Made by a program: the position numbers and the translations under genes. This document shows, one piece after another, positions 9,377 to 17,892 of a stretch of 64,000 nt of DNA; the stretch's first letter is position 1; each line of letters starts with the position of its first letter. The notes beneath the pieces are model-generated. The model was not told the DNA's origin and ran no database searches. It saw only the letters and a list, made by a program, of their open reading frames with translations. The stretch covers positions 481 to 64,480 of the forward strand of contig JACRJQ010000006.1 in NCBI GenBank assembly GCA_016215405.1. Reading direction: 5' to 3'. Source of the DNA: Candidatus Tayloriibacteriota bacterium (GTDB lineage Bacteria > Patescibacteriota > Minisyncoccia > Phycocordibacterales > UBA6065).

Positions 9377-9634
9377 ATGGCACTCATGCTCTCCGATGCA
9401 GTTGCGGAAACGAGAAAGCTCGCGCACGGAAGAAACTATGGACAGGCAGCCGCAAAGGCTCTCCGCTCTATGGGCTTCTCCAAGCCGAGCATCTCCGTTC
9501 GGGTCGCACGGATCGTGAACGATATCGGTTCGCCGGAAAACGTCTCGCTCATCTCTGCCGTCACCTCCTATCTCGGCAAAGAAGGCGGGATGAAATCCAC
9601 CGCGAATCGCAGACAGCTCGTTCTCAGTCTGTGA
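9377..9634 (+). CDS. Hypothetical small protein, paralog A
   Basis: An 85-aa ORF downstream of the consensus promoter. It shares LSDAV...K..G...P...V....V.NDIG..P..S...AV with the next ORF. No SD sequence; a C-rich stretch precedes the ATG. Confidence 0.4.
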   Translation: MALMLSDAVAETRKLAHGRNYGQAAAKALRSMGFSKPSISVRVARIVNDIGSPENVSLISAVTSYLGKEGGMKSTANRRQLVLSL

Positions 9635-9748
9635 AGACCTTCTCCCCCGCGCGCCGCTTAAGTGTGGCTCGCGGGGGATGGTTGTCTCTAGAGACGACCT
9701 TGACTCATTTCAATATGAAAGGTATCGTATTTTCAACAAGCTCCCGCC

Positions 9749-10081
9749 ATGGTCTACAAGCTCTCCGGCGCTGTAAATCTCGTGAGGTATGGGAAGGGCG
9801 GACTAAAGAAACGGGTGGCGAAGGTCTTTAAGGAGTGGGGCATCCCCAATCCTGAAAAGACCCTCGTGAAGGACCACGCTGTCGAAAACGACATCGGCGC
9901 GAATCCCGACGAATCGATCCTAGAGGCCGTCGCGCGACATGTCGTCGCGAAGATCCACAGGAAGCGATTCTGGGTGAAATTGACCCACCGCAGGCTCCCT
10001 GCCGCCCAGAAGAAGCCTGTCCCGGCTATCCGCCCCTCCCCTGCCAGGACCGTAACAGAGGAACAGACCGAGCTGTTCTAA
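9749..10081 (+). CDS. Hypothetical small basic protein, paralog B
   Basis: A 110-aa ORF; residues 1-65 align with paralog A (AVENDIGANPDESILEAVARHV vs IVNDIGSPENVSLISAVTSYL). The C-terminal tail is basic. Confidence 0.45.
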   Translation: MVYKLSGAVNLVRYGKGGLKKRVAKVFKEWGIPNPEKTLVKDHAVENDIGANPDESILEAVARHVVAKIHRKRFWVKLTHRRLPAAQKKPVPAIRPSPARTVTEEQTELF

Positions 10082-10086
10082 CGGCG

Positions 10087-10118
10087 AAGGCGCTCCACGA
10101 AGGAGCGCCTTTCTTTTT
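10087..10118 (+). terminator. Bidirectional rho-independent terminator between convergent genes
   Basis: ggcgctcc-acgaa-ggagcgcc-tttcttttt. Confidence 0.65.
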
Positions 10119-10135
10119 CATCTAAGACTCCCGCT

Positions 10136-11092
10136 CTAAGCCTGAGGCGAGCTCGGGCCCTTGCCTGATCCCTCTTCGAGCTCTCGTATCTTATTCTTGA
10201 GCTCGACCATGCGAAGCTCCCGACCCACCATGAGCTTGTTCACTCTTTCGAGCTCCGTGTTAAGCCCCTTGAGCTCGTCGTATTTAAGGACGATCTCCTC
10301 TTGAGAAGACTGGAGCTCCTTGGTCCTCTTCGCCACTTCCTCTTCGAGCCCTTCCCGCGACCTCTTCATCTCGATGATCATCTGTTCGAAGCTCTTGGAC
10401 AGGAGCCCGAATTCGTTCTTCGCCCTAGGCAAAGCGTCGAGTGCGTCTTGGCCCAAAGAACCTTTCGCGACCATCCCAGCCGCTTTGCGCAGCTTGTCTA
10501 CGTTCGAAAGCAGGATCCTCTGGAGGACGAATATGAGGATAAAGGTCGTGACGCCGGCGGTGACGAGGAAGCCAGCGAAGAATATGTTCCTCAATACGGC
10601 CTTCTGCTCTGTGATGAAATCGGTCCGTATCTTCACATACACGAAGAGGAAAGGCGCCTTGCCCGCGACCGAATAGATCGGCGTTATGCTCGCTATATAG
10701 TCGCCCTCCGCGTCAACCCCGTGAGCGACGACCTCTTCAGAGCCGCCGGTGAAATGCGACAAGTCTATCCGTCCGAGGTCGCCGGCGTTCTTGCCGAGGT
10801 CCTCCGGATCAGCAGAATAATACACGGTCTCGTCGAAGCCGAAGATCATCGCCTCGGCGAGGTCCTCCCCGACGATCTGCTTCATGGTCTCCTTCTTGGA
10901 GAATGCCTCGAAATTGAGGAGCCCTTGGTTCATGAGCCTTCCGGGTACGGATATCTGGCTCTCAACGCGCGCGTCGATGTCTTCGGAAAAGCGGTCGACG
11001 TAGTAGTATCCGGCGACAGAAAGGACGATCGTCTGCATTATGATGATCGTAGCTATGAGCCGAAACGCGATCCTGTCGAAGAAATTGATCAT
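10136..11092 (-). CDS. Membrane sensor-like protein with two TM segments, a periplasmic domain, a HAMP domain and a coiled-coil; no kinase domain
   Basis: TM1 near the N-terminus; TM2 IFFAGFLVTAGVTTFILIFVL followed by a HAMP-like QRILLSNVDKLRKAAGMVAKGSLGQDALDA; the C-terminus is coiled-coil only. Confidence 0.6.
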   Translation of the reverse strand: MINFFDRIAFRLIATIIIMQTIVLSVAGYYYVDRFSEDIDARVESQISVPGRLMNQGLLNFEAFSKKETMKQIVGEDLAEAMIFGFDETVYYSADPEDLGKNAGDLGRIDLSHFTGGSEEVVAHGVDAEGDYIASITPIYSVAGKAPFLFVYVKIRTDFITEQKAVLRNIFFAGFLVTAGVTTFILIFVLQRILLSNVDKLRKAAGMVAKGSLGQDALDALPRAKNEFGLLSKSFEQMIIEMKRSREGLEEEVAKRTKELQSSQEEIVLKYDELKGLNTELERVNKLMVGRELRMVELKNKIRELEEGSGKGPSSPQA

Positions 11093-11100
11093 TGTCGTCC

Positions 11101-13110
11101 TTATTCGATAAAGTACTGGCTCGGGTTCGTGGGCGCAGGGTTCGGATACACGAACGCGGCGGGCATCGCCTCGGGGACGTTCTTGAACCCGTCGCGCACG
11201 ATGCCGAATCCGTCTACCGGAAGGCTTACCCCTATGGCATAGAACTGGTCCTTCGCTATGTCGAGGATCCTCGCCATGAGCTCGTTCTGCTTGGCCTCGT
11301 CTGCCGTTCTCCTGATCTCTCTATAGAGGCTCATCTGCTCCTTTACGATCTCCGGCGGCTCTTCCGCGAGCGGGTTATCGGGAGAAGTGAACCAGTAGCC
11401 CCACGCGAGCGCGTAATTAGATTCGTTCGTGCTGCCGAACGGGAAATAATATCGCGGCTCCTGCATCACGTCTATGCCGCCGTCTCCGGTCCAAACGGCC
11501 GCGTCGTGGTCGAGGTTCGATTTCCTTGAATAGAACGCGGTCCTGTCCGTCGTGTTGCCTATCTTCATATCTATGCCTACCGCCTTCCAATCCTCTTGGA
11601 TCAAAGCGAGAGCCTTGGCATCGCCCCAATCGACGGTGAATGTAAGCCTCTTTCCGTCCGGCCTCTTTCGATAGCCCGCGCTATCCCTCTCTTTGAGCCC
11701 GGCCCTATCGAGATAGCCGTTCGCCTTAGCGACATCGTATTCCGTATATTGCTTCGCCATCTCTTCGTCATAGAAGGGCGATTCCGGGCGAGGAGCGCCT
11801 TGATACGGTATGCCGTACCCGGCGAATATGAGGTCTATGATCCTCTCTCTATTTAAAGCGTGCGAGAGGCCGATCCTGAAATCCTTATTCTGGAATATCT
11901 CCCGGAGGGCAGGGTCTTTGTGGTTAAGGTTAAGCGAGATCATCATGGTGTTCATCGTCGCGAACACCGTCTTGAAGAGATGGTAGCCGCCCTTAGTCGC
12001 TCCGTCCTCGATAGCTGCGCGCGCGGTAGCGACGGATATCATGCTCGATCCGACGTTCCTGTCTTGCATATCGACCTTACCGGCGAGCACGAGATCTATT
12101 ATCTTGCTCGAATCGTCCTCGATCGCGTATTCGAGCCTATTGATATAAGGAAGCTGGTTTCCCGTGGGGTCTATCTTCCAATAGTACGGATTCCTCGCCG
12201 CGACGAGCGGGGCATCCTTTCCGTAGATTCCTTGAAGCACCCAGGCGTTGAGGGTCGGGATCTCAGGATGTTGCCAACGGGTCTGATTATCAGGGGTGCC
12301 GATATTGCCGAACTTCGACTGAAAAAGATCGGCCCAATCCTTCGCTCCCGCATCCTTTACGGCCTGATCTATATCGGGATTATATTTCGGGTGATATCCA
12401 GAAAGCGCGTGCTTCGGGTACGAGACGATCTCGCCGCCCTTAGGGTGCGCGAGAGACTGCAAAAAAAGGCTGTTGGGCTCTTCGAAGGAGAACTTTACGG
12501 CGCGGTCGCCGAGCCTCTCTACCTTTACAGGCTTACCTCCGGCGATGAGCCAGTCCTGATAGACCGGCGTGAGCACCTTGTCCAGAAAGACGTCCTCATA
12601 CCAGAACATTATATCGTCCGCGGTGAAGGGCTTTCCATCGGACCATTTCAACCCGTCGCGCAAATAGAAGGTATATTCCCTGCTGTCCGAGCTCACGTTG
12701 TAAGACTGGGCTATATTGGGGATGATGCCCGTCCAGCTCGCGTTCCAACGGACGAGATTCTCGTAGCCGAGATATCGCAGAAAAGCGTTGTGGTCGCTCT
12801 TGCTCTTCGCGACGAGATGCCAGGTGCCGCCGTATTTTCCGAGCTTCTCATGAGGCACTACGATAAGAGGGTTTTTGGGAAGCCTCTCCCCGACCGGCGG
12901 AAGCTCTCCTTTCGCCACCTTCTCCGCGAGTTCAGGAGCCTCGGAGAAGTTTCTCTCTCCTATGAAGGCCATTCCCCCTGTCGAGGGGCGCTTCGAGCCC
13001 CGGCCATCCATGGTCGAAACATAGAAATATCCTATCCCTGCGGCAAGGACGAGAAACGCGATCGCGATAGAGGCGACCTTGAAGACAGGCGTCTTCTCTG
13101 CAGGGTTCAT
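11101..13110 (-). CDS. ABC transporter substrate-binding protein, family 5 (peptide/nickel type), membrane-anchored
   Basis: A 669-aa protein with an N-terminal TM anchor. Length and conserved blocks fit an OppA/DppA-like SBP_bac_5 protein (e.g. KWSDGKPFTADD, MISLNLNHKDP). Confidence 0.8.
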   Translation of the reverse strand: MNPAEKTPVFKVASIAIAFLVLAAGIGYFYVSTMDGRGSKRPSTGGMAFIGERNFSEAPELAEKVAKGELPPVGERLPKNPLIVVPHEKLGKYGGTWHLVAKSKSDHNAFLRYLGYENLVRWNASWTGIIPNIAQSYNVSSDSREYTFYLRDGLKWSDGKPFTADDIMFWYEDVFLDKVLTPVYQDWLIAGGKPVKVERLGDRAVKFSFEEPNSLFLQSLAHPKGGEIVSYPKHALSGYHPKYNPDIDQAVKDAGAKDWADLFQSKFGNIGTPDNQTRWQHPEIPTLNAWVLQGIYGKDAPLVAARNPYYWKIDPTGNQLPYINRLEYAIEDDSSKIIDLVLAGKVDMQDRNVGSSMISVATARAAIEDGATKGGYHLFKTVFATMNTMMISLNLNHKDPALREIFQNKDFRIGLSHALNRERIIDLIFAGYGIPYQGAPRPESPFYDEEMAKQYTEYDVAKANGYLDRAGLKERDSAGYRKRPDGKRLTFTVDWGDAKALALIQEDWKAVGIDMKIGNTTDRTAFYSRKSNLDHDAAVWTGDGGIDVMQEPRYYFPFGSTNESNYALAWGYWFTSPDNPLAEEPPEIVKEQMSLYREIRRTADEAKQNELMARILDIAKDQFYAIGVSLPVDGFGIVRDGFKNVPEAMPAAFVYPNPAPTNPSQYFIE

Positions 13111-13228
13111 ATGCTCTCAATTATAGCCTGTAAGATACCTATCGGCTTTCGCCGGGTGTGGACATTGAGAGGCTCCTTCTGGCGCAGTGGGATATACTTA
13201 AGCCATTATAAGCATCTCACCAATCAGC

Positions 13229-13423
13229 ATGCTAAGGAATAACGTGTTTAACCTGATGAATCAGGCGGTCCAGGAATCGAAGAGCGTCTGGCGCATCAAG
13301 AACCAGTATATGCAAGAAGCGGTCGGATCTGACGATATCATGGCTTTCTGGAGGAAGCTCGAGAAAGACAAGGAGGCTCACATAAGCGAGCTCCAGGCCC
13401 TCATTAAGAAATATAACGCTTAA
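13229..13423 (+). CDS. Hypothetical small protein
   Basis: A 64-aa ORF in an intergenic island; no recognisable motif. Confidence 0.3.
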   Translation: MLRNNVFNLMNQAVQESKSVWRIKNQYMQEAVGSDDIMAFWRKLEKDKEAHISELQALIKKYNA

Positions 13424-13428
13424 AGCAT

Positions 13429-13707
13429 ATGGGACTCTTTTGGGACGATCCGAAGCCGCGCGTGACGAGGATCGAGTGGCAGAAGGTGAGGACTTCGCTC
13501 TTTAGCCGCGGGCTCAATAAAAAGGAGATAGACCTGATCGAAGGATTCTTTTACTCGAGCCTTAACGAGACGGGGATAAAGGACGCAGGCATACAGGAGA
13601 ACGAGATATCCATGATGATCGAATGGCTCAAGCTGAACAGGGCTACCCACAAGATGTCCGACCAGAAGATCGCGCAAGTGGAAGACGCGCTGCGCGACAG
13701 GCTCTAG
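13429..13707 (+). CDS. Hypothetical small protein
   Basis: A 92-aa ORF followed by a strong terminator. Confidence 0.4.
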   Translation: MGLFWDDPKPRVTRIEWQKVRTSLFSRGLNKKEIDLIEGFFYSSLNETGIKDAGIQENEISMMIEWLKLNRATHKMSDQKIAQVEDALRDRL

Positions 13708-13713
13708 GAAAAG

Positions 13714-13742
13714 AAAAAGCCGCCCGAAGGGCGGCTTTTTCT
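13714..13742. terminator. Bidirectional rho-independent terminator
   Basis: aaaaagccgccc-gaa-gggcggctttttc, with A-runs and T-runs on both sides. Confidence 0.7.
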
Positions 13743-14082
13743 ATCTCCTCAAAGTGAAGGTCTCGACGCTCGCCGTTCCGTCTCTCTTGGCAGAGTATGT
13801 GAAATCGCCTATAAAGGCGTTGTGCCCGTCCTCGTAAAAGACGGTGCCCTCGCCATCGCGCATGTTTATCTCGGTCACGATGAATTTGCCGCCGAGGACT
13901 TCCTTTTCCGGCGAAAGCGCAGAGATGTTCGTCTGAAAATATTCGAAAAGCGACGAGGCCTGGACCTGCTCTTCTGTGGGTTGGGGCGCCTTCGGCGAAA
14001 AGGCATACGCAAGGGCGGCGAGAGCCAGGAGAAGAGCTAGGGCGGTAGCGTATCCCTTTATATCGCTATCTCGCAGCCGCAT
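13741..14082 (-). CDS. Small membrane-anchored or secreted protein of unknown function, family X
   Basis: N-terminal hydrophobic anchor. The motif NISALSPEKEVLGGKFIVTEI...GTVFYEDGHNAFIGDFTYS is paralogous to ORF 15355..15723. Confidence 0.5.
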   Translation of the reverse strand: MRLRDSDIKGYATALALLLALAALAYAFSPKAPQPTEEQVQASSLFEYFQTNISALSPEKEVLGGKFIVTEINMRDGEGTVFYEDGHNAFIGDFTYSAKRDGTASVETFTLRR

Positions 14083-15304
14083 GATGCTTTCTCATTATGG
14101 AAGCGTAGACGAGGCAGAGGATCGCGGAAGCGAGGGCGACGACGAACGCGACCTTGGAGAAGTTCATGGCATCGAGAAGCGCGCCCAAGACGATCGGCGC
14201 CGATATGTCGCCCACGGTGGCGAGAGTCTCGAAGGCTCGAGCCCTCTTCTCTCTCCCCTCCTCCGAGCCTAGCTTCGAGGAGAGAGCCGACTGCATAAGG
14301 GTGAAGAGCTCGAGAGCCGCGCCCAAGGCGAAGCTCGCCGCGAGCATCCAGGCATAATGCGGAAAGGCCGCGATGCCCGCTATGACGAGCGCCGTGCCGA
14401 AGAGGCCTCCTGTGACGAGGGCGTACTCGTCCTTCGCGTTCGTGAACTGGCGCAAAGAATAGGACATGAGCGACGGCACGATCCCTACGGCAGAGAGGAG
14501 GATGACGAACGAGAGGTCGGCCCCCCTCATATATGCGTACATAGGAGCGAAGAACCAGATGAAGGCCTCTATGAACCCCGTGAACACTGCGACTGCTCCG
14601 AGAAGTCTCAAGTGCCCGTTCCAGGATCGCCATTCGGACCAATCAGCGGCAAAGGCTTTTGCGAACGAAGCCCCAGCTTTGGCTTCGACCCTCTTCTCGG
14701 GAGGATCGAGCGGCGCCCCGCGAGCGATCGAGAGCGCTACGAGAGAGACCGGCGCAATGAGGAATAAAAGCCAATGGACTGGCACGAATGACGCCATAGC
14801 CATGCCCGCGAACGCCGCGCCGAGCCAGCCGAAATGAGTCCATGTATCTATATAGCCCAAAGAGGAGGCGACCGCGCGCTTCTCGGCCATACGGCGATAA
14901 TAAGCGGCAGCGCCGGTATTCTCGAGGCTCCACAAGAATCCGTTAAGGGCGCGCGCGAGGACTATGAAAAGCGCCATCCCGAAGAGGCCCGCAAAAAGGT
15001 AGCTGAGGCCCACGAACGGATAGAGGCTCAAGGCTATGATGATGAGATAACGCGCTGAAAGCTTGTCGGCGAGAGCTCCTGCGAACGGGATCGAAACGAG
15101 CAGCGCAACGTCGAAGACCGCTCTGAGAAGGCCGGCTTCGAGGAACGACCCGGAATTCCTGAATATGAGTATGGCGACAAGGGCCTCTCCGAAACCCCAG
15201 CCCGCCCACCTAGCCGCCCTCGCCCACGCGATATGCTTTACCCCCGACGAGAGCTCGTGGTGCCCTGTAGTCGATGGGTGCTTTCTGTGCTTTATAAGTT
15301 CCAT
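14066..15304 (-). CDS. MFS transporter
   Basis: A 412-aa protein with about 12 predicted TM helices and MFS-like loop motifs. Confidence 0.75.
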   Translation of the reverse strand: MELIKHRKHPSTTGHHELSSGVKHIAWARAARWAGWGFGEALVAILIFRNSGSFLEAGLLRAVFDVALLVSIPFAGALADKLSARYLIIIALSLYPFVGLSYLFAGLFGMALFIVLARALNGFLWSLENTGAAAYYRRMAEKRAVASSLGYIDTWTHFGWLGAAFAGMAMASFVPVHWLLFLIAPVSLVALSIARGAPLDPPEKRVEAKAGASFAKAFAADWSEWRSWNGHLRLLGAVAVFTGFIEAFIWFFAPMYAYMRGADLSFVILLSAVGIVPSLMSYSLRQFTNAKDEYALVTGGLFGTALVIAGIAAFPHYAWMLAASFALGAALELFTLMQSALSSKLGSEEGREKRARAFETLATVGDISAPIVLGALLDAMNFSKVAFVVALASAILCLVYASIMRKHHAAAR

Positions 15305-15354
15305 ATGCTTTATGAAAAGCTAATGGAAATATTGTACCACGCGAGGAAGACGCG

Positions 15355-15723
15355 CTATTCCCTGATTTCGAACGACCTCATATCGATCGCGCCTCTTTCA
15401 TCTATGGAATACGCGAAATCGGCGGTATAGGCGCTGTGGCCGTCTTCGTACCGGACAGTGCCCGCTCCCGCGCGCGCCTCTATCGACGTAACGAAGAACG
15501 AGCCTCCTAACGACTCCTTTACGGGAGAGAGCTCCGATATATTGAGCCTTACGTAGTCTTCGACGGGCATGGCCCGCTCCTCGAACGGCGAACCGACGAC
15601 GGATACCGGGACCGTACCGCTATTCATGCCGATCGCCGCCACGAGCGCGGCGATAGCGCAGAGGATGATAGCGAGAACGATATTCCTTCGGATGTTCATA
15701 GATATAATACGTTCCGCGCCCAT
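15355..15723 (-). CDS. Small membrane-anchored or secreted protein, paralog of 13741..14082
   Basis: NISELSPVKESLGGSFFVTSI...GTVRYEDGHSAYTADFAYS. Confidence 0.5.
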   Translation of the reverse strand: MGAERIISMNIRRNIVLAIILCAIAALVAAIGMNSGTVPVSVVGSPFEERAMPVEDYVRLNISELSPVKESLGGSFFVTSIEARAGAGTVRYEDGHSAYTADFAYSIDERGAIDMRSFEIRE

Positions 15724-15795
15724 TCCCTGATTCAGGCCCTGACGTCCTTGATTAAAGGCCGGAAATTCTGTATTCTCTAATTCGTTCGCCCAAGC

Positions 15796-15840
15796 GGCCC
15801 TATCGTCTAATGGTTAGGACGGAAGCTTCTCAAGCTTTAA
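15796..15840 (+). repeat. Partial copy of the 5' 45 nt of tRNA-Glu, from the acceptor stem to the variable loop, with one mismatch
   Basis: ggccctatcgtctaatggtTaggacggaagcttctcaagctttaa matches 15982..16026 except T/C in the D-loop; the sequence diverges after that point. Confidence 0.6.
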
Positions 15841-15876
15841 GAGGGGCTGGAACGCGAGCGCTCGGAGCGTTTCAGA

Positions 15877-15940
15877 GCCGGAGGCGGACGCGCCGAGGCG
15901 GGGTCGCGGAGATTTTCAGCAGAAAATCATCCGTGACCGA
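15877..15940 (+). repeat. Structured repeat element, copy R1 (about 64 nt), containing a long imperfect hairpin
   Basis: agccggaggcggacgcgccgaggcggggtcgcggagattttcagcagaaaatcatccgtgaccga. The 48-nt core is identical to copy R2. The hairpin is ggtcgcggagatttt-cagcag-aaaatcatccgtgacc. Confidence 0.55.
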
Positions 15941-15981
15941 TTCATCTAGAATCGAACTTCCCCGGCTTGAAAGTGAAATAT

Positions 15982-16053
15982 GGCCCTATCGTCTAATGGT
16001 CAGGACGGAAGCTTCTCAAGCTTTAAATCGGGGTTCGATTCCCCGTAGGGTCA
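15982..16053 (+). tRNA. tRNA-Glu (anticodon CUC)
   Basis: Manual fold: acceptor GGCCCTA/TAGGGTC, D-arm TCGTCTAATGGTCAGGAC, anticodon stem GAAGC/GCTTT with loop TTCTCAA, T-arm CGGGG-TTCGATT-CCCCG, discriminator A. CCA is not encoded. Confidence 0.85.
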
Positions 16054-16062
16054 CACACGCAT

Positions 16063-16090
16063 AAAAGCCCGGCTTCCCGCCGGGCTTTTA
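16063..16090 (+). terminator. Rho-independent terminator after tRNA-Glu
   Basis: aaaagcccggc-ttcc-cgccgggctttt. Confidence 0.7.
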
Positions 16091-16124
16091 TGCGTGCTTG
16101 TGATCGCCGGTGGCGAGAATCGAA

Positions 16125-16189
16125 AGCCGGAGGCCCGCGGGCCGAGGCGGGGTCGCGGAGATTTTCAGCAGAAAATCATCCGTGACCGA
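16125..16189 (+). repeat. Structured repeat element, copy R2
   Basis: agccggaggcccgcgggccgaggcggggtcgcggagattttcagcagaaaatcatccgtgaccga. Confidence 0.55.
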
Positions 16190-16200
16190 AAGCGTACCCG

Positions 16201-16219
16201 CGATTCCCCGTAGGGTCAC
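16201..16219 (+). repeat. Duplicated 3' fragment of tRNA-Glu (T-loop to 3' end)
   Basis: cgattccccgtagggtcac matches 16036..16054. Confidence 0.55.
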
Positions 16220-16320
16220 AGCACGATAAAAAGCAGGCTTCTCGCCTGATCTTTCTTGTGCCTCATGACCGCCATATCACAGAGATCAAAGACAACCTCT
16301 CTCCAGCATACCTGCCCTTA

Positions 16321-16350
16321 AAATCAGTATCATATATGATACTGATTTTA
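16321..16350. repeat. Perfect 30-nt AT-rich palindrome, a possible bidirectional terminator or protein-binding site
   Basis: AAAATCAGTATCATATATGATACTGATTTT is its own reverse complement. Confidence 0.6.
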
Positions 16351-16449
16351 GGCGGCTCTTTTGCTGTCATCCATATCCATACTGGCTGAAAGAGACGGAC
16401 TCGATAGAGGGAACCGAGGAGCGAGAGGCGATCCGTAGCCTCTTCGCCT

Positions 16450-16854
16450 CTATATGAAGTCGACCGTGAAGTTATACATCCCCATGGAGCAGAGCCCTCT
16501 GAGAGTCGTACCGGGCGCTTGCGCGGACACCTCTATGTCAGTCGTCCCTGTACGAGGGAGGAATCCAGAGTAGCCGATAGAGGGTATGGTGAGAGCAGCC
16601 GAACAGTCGAAGGTTCCCTTCGTAGTGAGCCGAAGAACGGTCGGCACGCCGGATGCGGCCTGCGACTTGCGCGGCGAATATCCCCCTTTCGCGCCGATGT
16701 CTATCACCTGGACGCCGTTCTCCATGGCGACGTTCCCTTTATCCGGCGCAGGCCCTGCGCCCTCCCCCGTCGCGCCGCGAGAGAGCGTGAAAGCTCCGCC
16801 TATGAGGAGGCCCGCGATGATTACCGAAACGATCGTGGCGACAGATTTCTTCAT
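16450..16854 (-). CDS. Small exported protein, putative metal-binding partner of the copper module
   Basis: N-terminal TM anchor; two Cys residues (DCSAALTIPS and GLCSMGMY) plus a Met-rich C-terminus. It is the last gene of the csoR-copA operon. Confidence 0.45.
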   Translation of the reverse strand: MKKSVATIVSVIIAGLLIGGAFTLSRGATGEGAGPAPDKGNVAMENGVQVIDIGAKGGYSPRKSQAASGVPTVLRLTTKGTFDCSAALTIPSIGYSGFLPRTGTTDIEVSAQAPGTTLRGLCSMGMYNFTVDFI

Positions 16855-16866
16855 AGAGAGATTATA

Positions 16867-17892
16867 CTAGAGGTTAAGGATCGGCGGGATCACCCCTATC
16901 GCCGCGAAGCTCGAAAGCAGGTTAAGGAGGGCGAACATCACGATGACGAGTCCCGCCGTTTTGAAGAATATGCCGGATCTCGATCCTTTGCCGATAGAAA
17001 GCGAGCTGAAGCTCACCAAGGCGAGGACAGGCAGGGTGCCGAGCGCAAAGGAGAGCATGGTGAGGCCGCCCGACAAGAAGCTCCCCGTAGAGAGCGAATA
17101 TATCTGCATCGACTGTGTGAATCCACACGGCAGAAAGAACGTCGCGACGCCGAGCGCGAGGGGCGTGAGCCGATGATTCCACTTAGAGACATCGAGAGCC
17201 TTTCCGGAGAGAGCCTTCGGCATCGACGGCAAAAGCCGTTTCGGCCACTCGAACACATCGAGGAGATTGACCCCCACAACGAGCATGACGAGGCCGATAA
17301 GGAGCGAGAGGACGAACGTCCCTGTAGCGCCGAGGGCGAATGCCGATCCGATAGCGCCTATGACGCCTCCAAGGACGAAGAAGGCGACGAGACGACCGAT
17401 ATGGAAGAGGACCTGAGGCCTCGTCTTGTCCCCCGCCTTTGCGAACGTGGCGGACATTGAGAGCACTAGACCTCCTACGACCGCCATACAGGTGGAGAGC
17501 GATGCGATGATGCCTATCGCGAACGAGGTGCCTAGCGTAACGGAATCCGAGTTTACGAGATTCACGAGCCCGATCTTCTGCAAGATCACGAACAGCGCGG
17601 CGAATCCGAGAGCGAGCGGCAGAGCGATCTTAAAGTCGGACCACTTTACCGAGTTACTTCTCTTTTCCTTTGATATGCCATAGCCATGCTTCGAGACGGC
17701 CCCCGAAACGATGCCCTCGACCTCGCTGTCGGTCTTGGAGCCGAAATCGCCCGTGACCTCGACCTCTCGGGTAGCGAGGTCGGCCTTTGCCATGGATATG
17801 GCGGGAATATCGCCAAGCTCGCTCTCGATGAGGGCCTCGCAAGCCTTGCAGTGCATTCCCGTCGTGTAGAACCTGTAAGTCTTCATGCTCAT
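16867..17892 (-). CDS. Fusion of a heavy-metal-associated (HMA) domain to a DsbD/CcdA-like (TauE/SafE-like) polytopic membrane protein
   Basis: N-terminal [11 protein letters not shown] fold, then about 8 TM helices with conserved Cys motifs SLSTCM and FFLPCGF. The start overlaps the copA stop (ATGA). Confidence 0.6.
   Translation of the reverse strand: MSMKTYRFYTTGMHCKACEALIESELGDIPAISMAKADLATREVEVTGDFGSKTDSEVEGIVSGAVSKHGYGISKEKRSNSVKWSDFKIALPLALGFAALFVILQKIGLVNLVNSDSVTLGTSFAIGIIASLSTCMAVVGGLVLSMSATFAKAGDKTRPQVLFHIGRLVAFFVLGGVIGAIGSAFALGATGTFVLSLLIGLVMLVVGVNLLDVFEWPKRLLPSMPKALSGKALDVSKWNHRLTPLALGVATFFLPCGFTQSMQIYSLSTGSFLSGGLTMLSFALGTLPVLALVSFSSLSIGKGSRSGIFFKTAGLVIVMFALLNLLSSFAAIGVIPPILNL

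Noticed and set aside
15796-15981. First tRNA-like sequence treated as a complete tRNA gene, possibly with an intron
   Set aside because: Only the first 45 nt match. No T-arm or 3' acceptor strand could be folded downstream of the divergence point, so it is reported as a partial duplicate rather than a tRNA.
15877-16189. R1/R2 repeats as parts of SRP RNA, tmRNA or RNase P RNA
   Set aside because: None of the hallmark motifs was found (SRP domain IV GNRA with AGCAGGGAA-type loops, tmRNA tRNA-Ala-like ends, RNase P conserved regions). They are left as an unclassified structured repeat.
16519-17460. 313-aa + strand ORF overlapping the copper operon
   Set aside because: It is antisense to the HMA-DsbD-like gene and the small exported protein gene, and its translation is Arg/Glu-rich with no motifs.
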